A DNA stretch of 63,693 nucleotides, filler included, from Anaerolineae bacterium (GCA_041082215.1; 8 parts of 8 records of this genome joined end to end with filler, not necessarily neighbours in it), one strand, 5' to 3'. Counted from the first letter of the whole stretch, positions 1-10,684 are shown. Numbers and translations: made by a program. The notes: generated from the letters alone by a model not told the origin.

Positions 1-1338
1 CGGCGTGTCCAGCGTGGTGACGATGATGCCCGCATCCGCTGCCTTCTTCATCACCGGCTCCAGCGCGTTGGGGTCGGAGGGCGCGACAGCGATGCCGGTC
101 ACCCCCTGGGCAATGTACATCTCCATCGTCTCAATCTGCTTGGCGACATCCTCGGTCGGGGGGACGAAGAAGATGGCCTGGTCATCCTTCAGCCCCAGGT
201 CCCGGGCAGCCGCCCGCACACCCAGTTCCACGTTGCTCCAGTAGGGGTGCACGGACTTGCCGATGACCACCACCCGGAACCCCGAGGGAGCAGCCCCTTC
301 GCTGGGTGGCGTCCAGTCTTTGGTGTTCCACTCGTGGGGGATGCCCCGGGCATCCAGCGAGGCCTCGTAGTCCTTCAGCGTCTTCGCAGTGATGACGTCC
401 ACGCCGGTGTCAATCACCCCGTTCTTCACCCCCATCTCGGCGAAGGCCGCATCCTTCCCCTTCGTCGCAATGAGGTAGATGAGTTGCACCGACTTGTAGC
501 CCATGTCGTACTCCCGCTGGGCGATCGTGGCGTCAATCACCCCCTCCTTGATGCCATTGATGATGTCCGTCGTGGCATCAAAGCAGACCAGCTTGATCTT
601 CCCCGCCTTCCCGGCCTCCTTGATCGCCGTCGCCCACGCCGGACCATTGTAGGCATACACCCCAAACGCCCCGGCCAGGTCCGGATTCGCCGAGAGCACC
701 GAGTTCGCCAACTCCAGCGCCCGCGCCGCATCCTCCTTGTCGTTCACCGGCTCCAGCGCCTGAATCTTGGTCCCCGCAATCGCATCCAGGAAGCCCTGGG
801 TCCGCTGCAGAGCGTTCAGCGCCGTGTCGGAACCCCGGCCGATGCCGACCTTGCCGCCATCGGGCAGCAGTTGCTTCATCACCTCACCCGCCATCTTGCC
901 AGCGGAGTAGTTGTCCGTCCCGATGTACACCAGCGAGACGGAGTTCTCCACCGGCGGCGTGTCCAGCGTGGTGACGATGATACCCGCATCCGCCGCCTTC
1001 TTCATCACCGGCTCCAGAGCGGCGGGGTCGGAGGGCGCAACGGCGATGCCGGTCACCCCCTGGGCGATGTACATCTCCATCGTCTCAATCTGCTTGGCGA
1101 CATCCTCGGTCGGGGGGACGAAGAAGATGGCCTGGTCTTCCTTCAGCCCCAGGTCCCGGGCGGCCGCCTTCACGCCCAGTTCCACGTTGCTCCAGTAGGG
1201 GTGCACGGATTTGCCGATAACCACTACCCGGAACTCCTTAGCAGCAGGCGGAGGAGTAGTGGGCGTTGCCTTGGGGCCGCACGATGCCAGCAGAGCGGCC
1301 ACCAGAATGGCGATCAGCAACAGGTTCAGCCGCTTCAT
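1..1338 (-). CDS. Sugar ABC transporter substrate-binding lipoprotein (RbsB-like) with tandem duplicated domain; 3' end truncated
   Basis: Manual translation [21 protein letters not shown] (lipobox LASC)...[15 protein letters not shown]...[15 protein letters not shown] second near-identical domain starts 318 codons later. Missing from the ORF track because there is no stop in the window. Confidence 0.9.
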   Translation of the reverse strand, partial: MKRLNLLLIAILVAALLASCGPKATPTTPPPAAKEFRVVVIGKSVHPYWSNVELGVKAAARDLGLKEDQAIFFVPPTEDVAKQIETMEMYIAQGVTGIAVAPSDPAALEPVMKKAADAGIIVTTLDTPPVENSVSLVYIGTDNYSAGKMAGEVMKQLLPDGGKVGIGRGSDTALNALQRTQGFLDAIAGTKIQALEPVNDKEDAARALELANSVLSANPDLAGAFGVYAYNGPAWATAIKEAGKAGKIKLVCFDATTDIINGIKEGVIDATIAQREYDMGYKSVQLIYLIATKGKDAAFAEMGVKNGVIDTGVDVITAKTLKDYEASLDARGIPHEWNTKDWTPPSEGAAPSGFRVVVIGKSVHPYWSNVELGVRAAARDLGLKDDQAIFFVPPTEDVAKQIETMEMYIAQGVTGIAVAPSDPNALEPVMKKAADAGIIVTTLDTP

Positions 1339-1517
1339 GGTGTCCTTCCTCCTTCTTTTTGTGACAATGGAATGGATTGATAAGGTGGATAAGAGTATCC
1401 CGGAACGCTCTTTTGCTGCCACTTTCCCCTCACATCACCTCCCTTCTGAATAGCGGACCTATCACGAAGTCGCAGGGTAACTACCTGCCCGTAACCCATA
1501 ACAGGTGTTTTCTTCCT

Positions 1518-1609
1518 GTCATTGCGAGGCGGCGCAGCCGCCGAAGCAATCTCTTTCCGGGGTGAGGAGACTGCTTCGCCTCGGCGCGAGGCGCCTCGCT
1601 CGCAGTGAC
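1518..1609. repeat. Palindromic REP-like element (GTCATTGCGAG...GAAGCAATCTC...GAGACTGCTTC...CTCGCAGTGAC)
   Basis: Nested inverted repeats between the ABC ATPase and substrate-binding genes. Confidence 0.75.
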
Positions 1610-1620
1610 ATGGCAGGTAG

Positions 1621-1805
1621 TTACGTCGCGGGGTGAGAGACCACGGAGATTTCCTGGCCTTCCACCTTTTCGCCGCTGGCATACGCCATGATCAGTTCCT
1701 GGGTGGCTTCCTCCCGGTCCAGGATTGCCGCCACCCGCCCCTCGGACATGACCAGGATACGGTCGCTCATTCCCAGAATTTCCGGCAGTTCGGAGGAAAC
1801 CATGA
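1621..1805 (-). CDS. Sugar ABC transporter ATP-binding protein, C-terminal fragment (RbsA/MglA-like)
   Basis: [23 protein letters not shown]...[11 protein letters not shown] is the typical C-terminus of this family. Confidence 0.85.
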
Positions 1806-1905
1806 NNNNNNNNNNNNNNNNNNNNNNNNNNNNNNNNNNNNNNNNNNNNTTAATTAATTAANNNNNNNNNNNNNNNNNNNNNNNNNNNNNNNNNNNNNNN
1901 NNNNN
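1806..1905. other. Artificial contig spacer. The same spacer occurs at 10685-10784, 20562-20661, 25486-25585, 57231-57330, 58711-58810 and 62322-62421.
   Basis: Identical 100-nt N-runs with a central TTAATTAATTAA that gives stops in all six frames. Confidence 0.97.
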
Positions 1906-2047
1906 GCGCATTTGTACGATTAGAGGTGTATCGTTTGCGCACGGATATATCCTGGTTTGAAGCCAAAGCCAGCATCATCCGAGAGGCGATTCGTGCCTAT
2001 CTTGCTCATCCGTTTGTAACCCTTGAGGCAACTGCGTAAGTCCTAAC
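1906..2047 (+). mobile_element. 3' end of an IS701-like transposase and the right end of the IS
   Basis: Translation AFVRLEVYRLRTDISWFEAKASIIREAIRAYLAHPFVTLEATA* (stop 2037-2039) resembles IS701-family C-termini. Lower GC, located at a contig break. Confidence 0.65.
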
Positions 2048-2062
2048 AGGTATAATAATCCC

Positions 2063-3256
2063 GTGTCTGAAAAGTCCCGCGCCCAACAGAGGGGCCTGAC
2101 GCCCCTCCTGGTCGGCTACATCACCTGGGCGGCTGTCGCCATGCTGGGGCTGATCGCCCTTGCTCAAAGCGGCGAGCGGTGGGTAGTTGCCGCCCTCTTG
2201 CTGGCAACCTTCGGCCTGTTGATGGCTTTTATCCCGGAAGCTTGGGCTGCCCCCTGGAAGCGGCACCTCTATATGCTGGTGCAGGCAGGGCTGGTTTCGG
2301 GGTTGCTCTTTCTCTATCCCCCCACCTGGTCCTTCTTCCCCATCCTCTACTTCATCCTCAGTGCCCAGGTCGTGTTCCTCTTCCCGTTGCTTGTAGCTGC
2401 GATCTGGATTGGCTTCTTCGTCCTGGCCACCGGTGGTGCGTTCGTCCGCGTTTCCGGCTGGGTTAACGGACTTCTCACGCTGCTCCCTTACCTGGGCGGC
2501 TACCTGTTCTTCGCCGCCTTCGCCCGCGCCCTGGCCCGTGCCGAAGCGGCTCACCGGGAGAGCCAGGCGTTGCTGGCCGAACTGCAGGAGGCCCACCGAC
2601 GGTTGCAGGAATACGCCGCCCGCGTCGAGGAGCTGGCTGTCGTTGAGGAGCGGAACCGGATGGCGCGGGAGCTCCACGACACCCTGGGCCACCGACTGAC
2701 CGTGGCGGCGGTCCAGTTGGAGGGCGCCCAGCGGCTGATCCCCCGCGACCCCGAGCGGGCGGCGGCGATGGTGGACACGGTGCGACAGCAGGTACGCCAG
2801 GCGCTCTCAGAGCTGCGCAGCGCCGTGGCTGCCCTGCGCAGCCCTCTGGAGGCTGACCTCCCTCTGCCGGAGGCGCTGGCCCGGCTGGCGGCCCGCTTTG
2901 AGGAGGCCACCGGCATCGAGGTCCACCGGGCGCTGCCGGAGGGGCTGCCCCCCATGCCGGAAGCTCACCGGCTGACCCTCTACCGGGCGGCTCAGGAGGC
3001 GCTCACCAACATCCAGCGGCACGCCGACGCCCACCGGGTGTGGCTGGTGGTGGGCGCGTCGGAGGGCCAGGTCACGCTCCTGGTGAGCGACGACGGGCGG
3101 GGATTCCCGCCGGAGGCGGAGGGCCAGGGCTTTGGATTGCGTGGGCTGCGGGAGCGGGTGGCCCGGCTCGGCGGCACGGTGGTGCTGGGCGAACGGCCGG
3201 GCGGTGGGGCCGAGCTTCACCTCTCCCTGCCCCTGCCGGAGGTGACCGATGGGTGA
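2063..3256 (+). CDS. Membrane sensor histidine kinase (HisKA_3, NarX/DesK type)
   Basis: TM helices; EERNRMARELHDTLGH; QEALTNIQRHA; DDGRGF; GFGLRGLRER. Confidence 0.93.
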   Translation: MSEKSRAQQRGLTPLLVGYITWAAVAMLGLIALAQSGERWVVAALLLATFGLLMAFIPEAWAAPWKRHLYMLVQAGLVSGLLFLYPPTWSFFPILYFILSAQVVFLFPLLVAAIWIGFFVLATGGAFVRVSGWVNGLLTLLPYLGGYLFFAAFARALARAEAAHRESQALLAELQEAHRRLQEYAARVEELAVVEERNRMARELHDTLGHRLTVAAVQLEGAQRLIPRDPERAAAMVDTVRQQVRQALSELRSAVAALRSPLEADLPLPEALARLAARFEEATGIEVHRALPEGLPPMPEAHRLTLYRAAQEALTNIQRHADAHRVWLVVGASEGQVTLLVSDDGRGFPPEAEGQGFGLRGLRERVARLGGTVVLGERPGGGAELHLSLPLPEVTDG

Positions 3257-3905
3257 GCCGATCCGTATCCTTCTGGTGGACGACCAGCGGCTGATGCGGG
3301 AGGGGCTGCGGACCCTCCTGGAGCTGGAGCCGGACCTGGAGGTGGTGGGCGAAGCGGGGGACGGGGAGACTGCCCTGGAGGCCTGCGCTGCCCTCCAGCC
3401 CGACGTGGTGCTGATGGATATCCGTATGCCGGGGATGGATGGGGTGGAGGCGACCCGGCGGATGCGGGAGCGGTGGCCTGAGACACGGGTGATCATCCTC
3501 ACCACCTTCGACGACGATGCCTATGTCTTCGAGGGGCTGCGGGCCGGAGCGCTGGGGTATCTGCTGAAAGACGTCTCCGGGGAAGAGCTGGCAGAGGCAG
3601 TGCGGACCGTGGCCGCAGGCGGCGCCCTCATCCAGCCCTCGGTAGCCCGCAAGGTGGTGGCGGAGTTCGCCCGGCTCGCCCCGCCTGCCCGACCGGCAGA
3701 GGAGGGGCTGCCGGAGCCGCTGTCGGAGCGGGAACGGGAGGTCCTGCGGCTGGTGGCTCAGGGGCTGACCAATCGGGAGATCGCAGCACGCCTGCACCTG
3801 ACCGAAGGGACGGTGAAAAACTACGTCACATCGGTCCTGCAGAAAATGGGGGTTCGGGATCGGACCCAGGCGGTGCTCCGCGCTCAGGAACTGGGGCTAA
3901 TCTGA
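3249..3905 (+). CDS. NarL/LuxR-family response regulator
   Basis: [26 protein letters not shown]...[11 protein letters not shown]. Confidence 0.95.
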   Translation: MGEPIRILLVDDQRLMREGLRTLLELEPDLEVVGEAGDGETALEACAALQPDVVLMDIRMPGMDGVEATRRMRERWPETRVIILTTFDDDAYVFEGLRAGALGYLLKDVSGEELAEAVRTVAAGGALIQPSVARKVVAEFARLAPPARPAEEGLPEPLSEREREVLRLVAQGLTNREIAARLHLTEGTVKNYVTSVLQKMGVRDRTQAVLRAQELGLI

Positions 3906-4787
3906 GGTCGTTCCCAGCAGCTGCTCCACCTGTCTCCCCGCGTGGAAGGAACTGCGCACCAGCGGGCCACTTTCCACCCAGCGGAACCCCATCGCCAGTC
4001 CCTGCTCCCGGAACATCTCGAACTCCTCCGGAGTATAGTACCGCTCGATGGGCAGGTGACGGCGGGAGGGCTGGAGGTACTGGCCTATGGTCAGGATGTC
4101 CACATCCACCCGGCGCAGGTCCTCCATCACTGCCAGCACCTCTTCCACTGTTTCTCCCATCCCCACCATCAGCCCGCTCTTGGTGAGCACCTCTGGCTCC
4201 ATTCGTTTGGCCTCCATCAGGATGCGGAGCGACCAGTCGTACCGGTTGCGGGGCTGGACGCGCCCGAAGAGGCGGGGGACCGTTTCCACGTTGTGGTTAA
4301 GGATGTCGGGCCGGGCTTCCATCACCATCCGCAGCGGCTCCAGCTCCCCCTGGAAGTCGGGGATCAGCACCTCGACGGTGCAGCCGGGCCGGAGGGCGCG
4401 GACCTGCCGGATCACCTCGGCGAAGAGGGAAGCGCCGCCGTCGGGGAGGTCGTCCCGGGTGACGGAGGTGATGACGGCATGACGAAGCCCCATCGCCTGT
4501 ACCGCCTCCGCGACCCGACGGGGCTCTTCGGGATCGGGCGGGCCGGGCCGGCCGCTGCGGACGTTGCAGAAACGGCAGTTGCGGGTGCAGGTATCCCCCA
4601 GGATGAGGAAAGTGGCGGTGCGGTGGGACCAGCAGTCGCCGATGTTGGGGCAGTTGGCCTCCTCACAGACGGTGTGAAGCTGCCTGGCCCGCATCAGCCG
4701 CTTGAGTTCATGGTAACTCTCACCAGTCCGGGGCGGCACCCGCAGCCACTCCGGGCGGCGTTGGGGACGGAGAGGTGGCCTGTCCAT
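3897..4787 (-). CDS. lipA: Lipoyl synthase
   Basis: [13 protein letters not shown] and CTRNCRFC clusters; C-terminal GPLVRSS. Confidence 0.95.
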   Translation of the reverse strand: MDRPPLRPQRRPEWLRVPPRTGESYHELKRLMRARQLHTVCEEANCPNIGDCWSHRTATFLILGDTCTRNCRFCNVRSGRPGPPDPEEPRRVAEAVQAMGLRHAVITSVTRDDLPDGGASLFAEVIRQVRALRPGCTVEVLIPDFQGELEPLRMVMEARPDILNHNVETVPRLFGRVQPRNRYDWSLRILMEAKRMEPEVLTKSGLMVGMGETVEEVLAVMEDLRRVDVDILTIGQYLQPSRRHLPIERYYTPEEFEMFREQGLAMGFRWVESGPLVRSSFHAGRQVEQLLGTTSD

Positions 4788-4901
4788 TTCGGGGATATTG
4801 TAGCACAACTTCTCTCTTTTGCACGCCGCCCAATTTCCCGGTTGCATTTCAGTTTGGTGGCGAGTTACACCTTAATTTTGCCCACCTGGTGGTGGTTTGA
4901 A

Positions 4902-4943
4902 CCCTCACCCCTCCGGGAGGGGGCCAGGGGGTGGGGTGAGGGC
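4902..4943. repeat. CCCTCACCCC...GGGGTGAGGG palindrome; related palindromes at ~13349-13393 and ~46535-46569
   Basis: Intergenic inverted repeats visible in the sequence. Confidence 0.6.
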
Positions 4944-5047
4944 CAGGCAGAGCAATTAGCCTCCAATGCACCCAATTTCCCGATTTGCCTTGATGGTCAC
5001 CTCTGTGTAAAATATCCGCCAATCGGGACCCGGCACGCCAAAAAGTC

Positions 5048-5071
5048 GTAGGGCAGGCTTTCCAGCCTGCC
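5048..5071. repeat. GTAG-type REP-like palindrome; others at 12844-12893, 20664-20687, 33833-33880 and 62616-62641
   Basis: GTAG-stem-loop(-CTAC) architecture at gene boundaries. Confidence 0.65.
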
Positions 5072-5106
5072 TGGACAGCACAGGCCGAATCTCAGGAGAA
5101 AATCGA

Positions 5107-6042
5107 ATGTCAAAAACTTTGCTGATCGTCAACCCCGTCGCCGGCAGGGGGGCTGGCGAGCGGGCGATCCCGCAGGTGCAGGCGATGCTGAGCCAGGAAG
5201 GGCTCGACTTCGACCTGGTGCGAACAGAGCGGCCGTGGCATGCGGCCCAACTGGCGGAAGAGGCAGCCCGGGCCGGCTTCGACGTTGTGGTTGCCGTCGG
5301 CGGCGATGGGACCTCCAACGAAGTGCTCAACGGCCTGATGCGGGCCAGGCTCGCCGGCGTGGGGTCCTGTGCAATGGGGATGTTGAGCGTCGGGCGCGGC
5401 AACGATTTCGCCTACGGGATGGGGGTCCCTCACGACCTGGCGACGGCCTGCAGGGCGCTGGCCCAGGGACACCGCCGTTGGGTTGATGTGGGGCAGGCCT
5501 TTGGCGGCGATTACCCGGAAGGCCGCTACTTCGGCAACGGGGTGGGCATCGGTTTCGACGCCGTCGTCGGATTCGAGGCGGCGAAAATGAAGCGGCTGCA
5601 CGGCTTCGCCTCCTATATCGTCGCCACGCTGAAGACGGTCTTCCTGTATTACAGAGCTCCTCTGATCACCATCGAATACGACGGGCATGCCTTTACCCAG
5701 CCTTCCCTGCTGGTATCGGTGATGAACGGGCAGCGGATGGGTGGGGGGTTTTGGATGGCTCCTGAGGGCAGGCCCGACGATGGGCTGTTCGATCTGTGCA
5801 TCGCCCGGGAGGTGAGCCGGGGACGCATCTTCACCCTCATTCCTCATTTCCTGCGGGGCACGCAGGCCAGCCAGGAGCCGATCCGCACCGGGCGGGCGCG
5901 CCGTGTTGTCGTCACAGCGGTGGAGGGGGCGCTGCCCGCGCACGCCGACGGGGAAACGCTCTGTACAGAAGGGCAGCGACTGGAACTGGTGCTGCTGCCG
6001 CGTCAGATCGAAGTGATCTGCCAGATGCCGGAGGCAAGATGA
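5107..6042 (+). CDS. Diacylglycerol/lipid kinase family protein (YegS/DAGK)
   Basis: IVNPVAG, VGGDGTSNEV, GRGNDFA, HADGE motifs. Confidence 0.92.
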   Translation: MSKTLLIVNPVAGRGAGERAIPQVQAMLSQEGLDFDLVRTERPWHAAQLAEEAARAGFDVVVAVGGDGTSNEVLNGLMRARLAGVGSCAMGMLSVGRGNDFAYGMGVPHDLATACRALAQGHRRWVDVGQAFGGDYPEGRYFGNGVGIGFDAVVGFEAAKMKRLHGFASYIVATLKTVFLYYRAPLITIEYDGHAFTQPSLLVSVMNGQRMGGGFWMAPEGRPDDGLFDLCIAREVSRGRIFTLIPHFLRGTQASQEPIRTGRARRVVVTAVEGALPAHADGETLCTEGQRLELVLLPRQIEVICQMPEAR

Positions 6043-6773
6043 GATTTACCTACTGGATCGTCACTTCGGCCATCAAGGGCCTGGGCCGCATTCTCTGCCG
6101 GGTGGATGACGCCCAGCTGGCGCGGGTGCCGGAGCGAGGGCCGTTGATCATCGTAGCCAATCACATCAACTTTCTGGAGGTCCCCCTCCTTTATACCCAC
6201 CTGCAGCCGCGCCCGTTGACCGGGTTTGTGAAGTCGGAGACCTGGAATAACCCGCTTCTGGGCGCTCTATCCGATCTGTGGGGGGGAATCCCGTTGCGGC
6301 GGGGGGAGGCAGACCTCACGGCGCTGCGTCGGGCGCTTGGGGCGCTGGAGGCGGGGCATATCGTGGCCGTGGCTCCCGAGGGCACCCGGAGCGGCGACGG
6401 CCGCCTGCGGCAGGGCCACCCGGGTGTTGTCTTCCTGGCTCTCCATAGCGGCGCTCCCCTGCTGCCCGTGGTTTACTACGGAGGGGAAGCCTTCTGGAAC
6501 AACCTGGGTCGCCTGCGCCGCACCGACTTTCGCTTTGTTGTGGGCTGGCCCTTCTACCTGGATGCCGGCGGGGCCAGGGTGACCCGCGCCGTGCGTCGGC
6601 GGATGACCGACGAGGTGATGTATCAGATCGCCGCGCTGTTGCCTCCGGCCTACCGCGGCATCTATTCCGACCTGACAAAGGCTACCGAAACCTACCTCCG
6701 CTTCTGCCCCGGAGGGAGAAGCAACCTGCTCGCCGCACAGGAAACCGGGATCAAGCCCCGGGCGGTGTCCTGA
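6039..6773 (+). CDS. Lysophospholipid acyltransferase (PlsC family)
   Basis: VANHINFLE (HX4D-like) and APEGTRS motifs; ATG at 6039 overlaps the upstream stop. Confidence 0.88.
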   Translation: MRFTYWIVTSAIKGLGRILCRVDDAQLARVPERGPLIIVANHINFLEVPLLYTHLQPRPLTGFVKSETWNNPLLGALSDLWGGIPLRRGEADLTALRRALGALEAGHIVAVAPEGTRSGDGRLRQGHPGVVFLALHSGAPLLPVVYYGGEAFWNNLGRLRRTDFRFVVGWPFYLDAGGARVTRAVRRRMTDEVMYQIAALLPPAYRGIYSDLTKATETYLRFCPGGRSNLLAAQETGIKPRAVS

Positions 6774-6807
6774 TACGCATCGGTCCCTTCTTGAACATCT
6801 CCCCAAC

Positions 6808-6999
6808 AGGTGTATTTCAGTTTTGGGGCGAGATGTCCCTGGTCCGGGCCGGACCTGGGGAAACACGAATGGCGCCAATGGAAACGAATACGGCGAATGG
6901 AGCAGGTATCCCTCCTGTTCGCCGTATTCGGGCCATTCGTGGGATTCGCGATCCACCGGCAGGCGAGAGGACCACTCGCCCCGAAATTGAAATACACCC
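6808..6999 (+). mobile_element. 192-bp MITE, copy 1
   Basis: TIRs AGGTGTATTTCAGTTTTGGGGCGAG / CTCGCCCCGAAATTGAAATACACCC; 9-bp TSD CTCCCCAAC at 6799-6807 and 7000-7008. Confidence 0.9.
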
Positions 7000-7073
7000 C
7001 TCCCCAACAGGCCGGTTGCGCCCCCCGCCCCCCGGGGGTATAATTCTCTTAGACCCCACAAGGAGGTGAAGCG

Positions 7074-7871
7074 ATGGAAGCGTTCCTCACAACGGCGGGT
7101 TGCGTGGTCGGAGTAATCGTTCTCTTCCTTATCGTGCTGGCCAGCGCCTCGATCAAGATCGTCCAGGAGTACGAGCGGGGGGTGATCTTCCGTCTGGGAC
7201 GCCTGATCGGTGCGAAAGGGCCGGGCCTTTTCTTCATCATCCCCTTCATTGACCGGATGGTCAAAGTGGACCTGCGGGTCGTCACGCTGGACATCCCCGC
7301 GCAGGAATGCATCACCCACGACAACGTCACCGTCAAGGTCAATGCAGTGGCCTACTTCCGTGTTATCGAACCCACCGACGCCATTGTCCAGGTGGAGGAT
7401 TTCCGCAGGGCCACCTGGCAGATCGCCCAGACCTCGCTGCGGAACGTCATCGGCCAGTCGGAGCTGGATGAGCTGCTGGCCCACCGGGAGAAGATCAACG
7501 CCCAGCTTCAGCACATCATTGACGAACAGACCGAGCCCTGGGGGGTGAAGGTCAGCATTGTGGAGATCAAGGATGTGGAGCTGCCCCAGACGATGCAGCG
7601 GGCGATGGCCCGACAGGCGGAGGCGGAGCGGGAGAAGCGGGCCAAGATCATCCACGCCGAGGGGGAGTACCAGGCAGCCCAAACCCTGGCCCAGGCGGCG
7701 GAGACCATCGGAAGGGTTCCCTCCGCCATACAGTTGCGCTACCTGCAGACCCTGACCGAGATCGCTGTGGAAAAGAACTCCACCATTATCTTCCCCGTTC
7801 CCATCGAGTTCCTGCGAGGGCTGGCGGATTTGCTGGGGGTTGGCCAGAAGGGCGAACAGTCCGGCTCGTAG
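7074..7871 (+). CDS. SPFH/stomatin (slipin) family protein
   Basis: [39 protein letters not shown]. Confidence 0.95.
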   Translation: MEAFLTTAGCVVGVIVLFLIVLASASIKIVQEYERGVIFRLGRLIGAKGPGLFFIIPFIDRMVKVDLRVVTLDIPAQECITHDNVTVKVNAVAYFRVIEPTDAIVQVEDFRRATWQIAQTSLRNVIGQSELDELLAHREKINAQLQHIIDEQTEPWGVKVSIVEIKDVELPQTMQRAMARQAEAEREKRAKIIHAEGEYQAAQTLAQAAETIGRVPSAIQLRYLQTLTEIAVEKNSTIIFPVPIEFLRGLADLLGVGQKGEQSGS

Positions 7872-7897
7872 ATCGGCCGCGTGGACGGGCGGGGTGT

Positions 7898-8563
7898 ATG
7901 CGGCTGAGCAAGCTGAATCTGAAGGAGGTCGCTGACCATCTGGATAAGCCATTCTCGATGGTGGATATGGCTGTCGTGGGCGACCTCACGGTGAGCCTGT
8001 ACCTGTGTCAGGGGGTCCTGGCCTGGCATAAACACCTGGACCAGGATGAGTTGTTCTGGGTTCACCAGGGGACCATCCTGCTGGAAAGCGAGCGGGGCGA
8101 GGTGCAGTTGCGGGCAGGGGAGCTGGCGGTCATCCCCAAGGGGCTTTCCCACCGTTCCGGCTCTCCCATCCGTTCCACCGTGATCCTTATCCGGTGCACC
8201 ATCGTTCCGGACCGGAAGAACGGCCGTCGGCGGCTGTACGGCACGCAGGAGCCAGGCCCGCGGCGGATCAGCCTGACGGCTGCTGCTGGGCAACTGGCGG
8301 AACCCTTCCGGCCGCAGACCGTCGCCCGGGTGGAGGACGCTCAGGTCCAGGTGATGCAGGGGGAAGGGGGCTTTTTCCTGCCAGAGGTGGCGGCCCACGA
8401 TATTCTCCTGGTTGTCCTCAGCGGCACCGTCGTTCTGGAGACGGAGGAGAGCGTTCTGGCCCTTCGGCCGGACGACCTGACGGTCATCCCGCGGGGGATC
8501 CCCTACAGCCTCAACGCGGACGGGGCAGTCCTGGTGCGGGTGACGCGGGAGGAGCTGGCGTAA
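7898..8563 (+). CDS. Double cupin-domain protein
   Basis: WHKHLDQDELFWV...GELAVIPKGLSH plus a second degenerate cupin repeat. Confidence 0.8.
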   Translation: MRLSKLNLKEVADHLDKPFSMVDMAVVGDLTVSLYLCQGVLAWHKHLDQDELFWVHQGTILLESERGEVQLRAGELAVIPKGLSHRSGSPIRSTVILIRCTIVPDRKNGRRRLYGTQEPGPRRISLTAAAGQLAEPFRPQTVARVEDAQVQVMQGEGGFFLPEVAAHDILLVVLSGTVVLETEESVLALRPDDLTVIPRGIPYSLNADGAVLVRVTREELA

Positions 8564-8575
8564 CCCCTGTTCCTC

Positions 8576-8659
8576 ACCACGGGGCACGGAGGACACAGAG
8601 TTTTACAGAAGGCTCTGAGATTTCTCGATATTTTTCCGTGCCCTCCGTGTCTCTGTGGT
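8576..8659. repeat. CACAGAG-type palindromic REP-like element; also at 29608-29671, 45238-45321, 46037-46120, 55250-55334, with half-copies at 38975-39010 and 39319-39341
   Basis: Arms of tandem ~9-nt CAC(A/G)GAG units and their reverse complement. Confidence 0.8.
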
Positions 8660-8694
8660 TTTCCACCTCTCGCAGGTGCGTAACTTCTTAGGAG

Positions 8695-10368
8695 ATGAAA
8701 ATGGCGCAGGCGCTGTATCGGAAGTGGCGGCCCCGCACCTTTGAAGAGGTGGTGGGCCAGGAGCACGTGGTGCGCACGCTGCGGAATGCCCTCACCTCCG
8801 GGCGCGTCCATCACGCCTACCTCTTCACCGGCCCCCGGGGCACTGGAAAGACCACCACCGCCCGCCTTCTGGCCAAGGCGGTCAACTGCCTGGCCGAGAA
8901 TCCGACGGACCGGCCGTGCAATGCCTGCTCCATCTGCCTGGCGGTCAACGAGGGGCGGCTGATGGACCTGATCGAGATTGACGCCGCCTCCAATACCGGC
9001 GTGGACGACGTGCGGGAGCTGCGGGAGCGGGTGGGCTACCGGCCCACAGAGGCCCGCTACAAGGTGTACGTTATAGACGAGGTCCATATGCTCTCCAACG
9101 CCGCTTTCAATGCCCTCCTCAAGACCCTCGAGGAGCCGCCCCCGCATGTCATCTTTGTCCTCGCCACCACCGAGCCGCACCGCATCCCCGCCACTGTCCT
9201 CTCCCGCTGCCAGCGGTTCGATTTCCGCCGCGTCCCGCTGACGGCCATCGTCCAGCGGCTGGAGCGCATCGCCCAGGAGGAGGGGTTCGTCGCCGACCGG
9301 GAGGCGCTCACCCTTATCGCCCGGCAGGCCACCGGCAGTGTGCGGGATGCGGAGAGCCTGCTGGATCAGCTTGCCGCCTATACCGACGGGGGGATCACCG
9401 TCGAGGTGGTGCGGGCGGCGCTGGGGACCGGGGCAGAGGAGGCGGTGGTCGCTCTGACCGATGCGCTGGCCTCCGGCGAGGTGGCAAAGGGGCTGGCGGT
9501 AATCAACCGGGCGGTGGATCAGGGGAGTGACCCCCGTCAGTTTGCCCGGCAGATGGTGGACCACCTGCGGGGGCTCCTGCTTCTCCGTCTGGGCTCCGAC
9601 GAGGCTTTCCTGCAGTTGTCCGATGAGCAGCGGGAGGCGTCCAGGGCCCAGGCCACCCGTTTCCAGCCCCAACAACTGGCCCGGGCGGTCCGCCTCTTCA
9701 GCCAGGCGGCCACGGAGACCCGCGCGGCCTGGCAGCCCCAGTTGCCCCTGGAACTGGCCTTTGTGGAAGCCGCGCTGCCGGAGGGGGCGGAACGGCCTGC
9801 AGGAGGGGCCGCTGCGGCGCGCTCTGCCGCCCCTCGCGCCAGCGGAACGCCCACAGCCAGCGTGCGGGATGCCGCTCCAAAGGCTGCTGCTCCCCGTGCC
9901 GCCTCGGCCACCCCTCCCTCCGGTCCGGGCGACCCGCCACTGACCGGAGAAGCTGCCTCGCTGGAGGAGGTCCAGGGTCACTGGCAGGAGCTCCTGAGCG
10001 CCATTCGGCCGCGCAACCTCTCCCTGGAGGCCCTTCTCCGCTCCGGCAAGCCTGTCGGTGTGGAGGGAGGAATGGTCCTGATCGGCTTTGCCCACCAGTT
10101 TCATAAGGGCAAGGTCGAGGAGGAGGCCAACCGGCAGATCGTGGAGGAGACGCTGCGCCAGCTTCTCGGTCGGCCGGTTCGGGTGCGGTGTGTGCTGGTC
10201 TCGGTCGATAGCTCCCCCTCCCGCCCGACCAGCCGTCCGGTGAGCCAGGCGGGAACGCAGGCCCGGCGGCCACCTCCTCCTCCCCCTCCTCCCGCTCAAC
10301 CGGACGACGGACTGGTCCGGGCGGCCGTAGAGAAACTGGGAGCGCGGGTGGCGAAGCCTGAAACCTGA
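8695..10368 (+). CDS. dnaX: DNA polymerase III subunit gamma/tau
   Basis: ALYRKWRP, GPRGTGKT, EIDAASNTGVDD, IDEVHMLS, SRCQRF. Confidence 0.97.
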   Translation: MKMAQALYRKWRPRTFEEVVGQEHVVRTLRNALTSGRVHHAYLFTGPRGTGKTTTARLLAKAVNCLAENPTDRPCNACSICLAVNEGRLMDLIEIDAASNTGVDDVRELRERVGYRPTEARYKVYVIDEVHMLSNAAFNALLKTLEEPPPHVIFVLATTEPHRIPATVLSRCQRFDFRRVPLTAIVQRLERIAQEEGFVADREALTLIARQATGSVRDAESLLDQLAAYTDGGITVEVVRAALGTGAEEAVVALTDALASGEVAKGLAVINRAVDQGSDPRQFARQMVDHLRGLLLLRLGSDEAFLQLSDEQREASRAQATRFQPQQLARAVRLFSQAATETRAAWQPQLPLELAFVEAALPEGAERPAGGAAAARSAAPRASGTPTASVRDAAPKAAAPRAASATPPSGPGDPPLTGEAASLEEVQGHWQELLSAIRPRNLSLEALLRSGKPVGVEGGMVLIGFAHQFHKGKVEEEANRQIVEETLRQLLGRPVRVRCVLVSVDSSPSRPTSRPVSQAGTQARRPPPPPPPPAQPDDGLVRAAVEKLGARVAKPET

Positions 10369-10403
10369 AACCAGGAACCCGAAATGGACCGGGGAGGAAA
10401 AGA

Positions 10404-10684
10404 ATGGCAAAGCGAATGGTCTCAAAGATGATGGGTCAGGCCGGGATGCTCCGGCAGTTACAGACGCTCCAGGAGGACCTGCTGAGGGCTCAGGAGGAGA
10501 TCGCCGCTATGACCGTCACTGCCACGGCGGGCGGCGGCGCGGTGACGGCTGTTATCTCTGGGGACCGGCGGGTTCAGTCCCTCACCATCCAGCCGGAGGT
10601 GGTGGACCCCGGCGATGTGGAGATGTTGCAGGACCTGATCGTGGCCGCCGTCAATCAGGGGCTGGAGCAGTTGGAGAAGGAAGC
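10404..10684 (+). CDS. ybaB: YbaB/EbfC nucleoid-associated protein (truncated)
   Basis: AGGGAVT...VVDPGDVEMLQDLIVAAVN; directly follows dnaX. Confidence 0.92.

Noticed and set aside
1806..1905. Recurrent TTAATTAATTAA motif inside N-runs
   Set aside because: Artificial contig linker. Adjacency across these spacers (for example CRISPR next to pyrE) has no biological meaning.
6791..7069. Similar short ORFs at each MITE copy (MSLARAGPGETRM..., MYFSFGARCPW...)
   Set aside because: They are translations of the repeat with inconsistent starts and stops, and show no protein-family features.
9780..9960. Possible dnaX gamma/tau frameshift signal
   Set aside because: No A-run slippery site seen; this is only an Ala/Pro-rich linker.
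8503..10425. Long antisense or alternate-frame ORFs (also 247-1380, 6267-7952, 14914-16980, 33552-35216, 52247-53725)
   Set aside because: Shadow ORFs of well-supported genes in GC-rich DNA.
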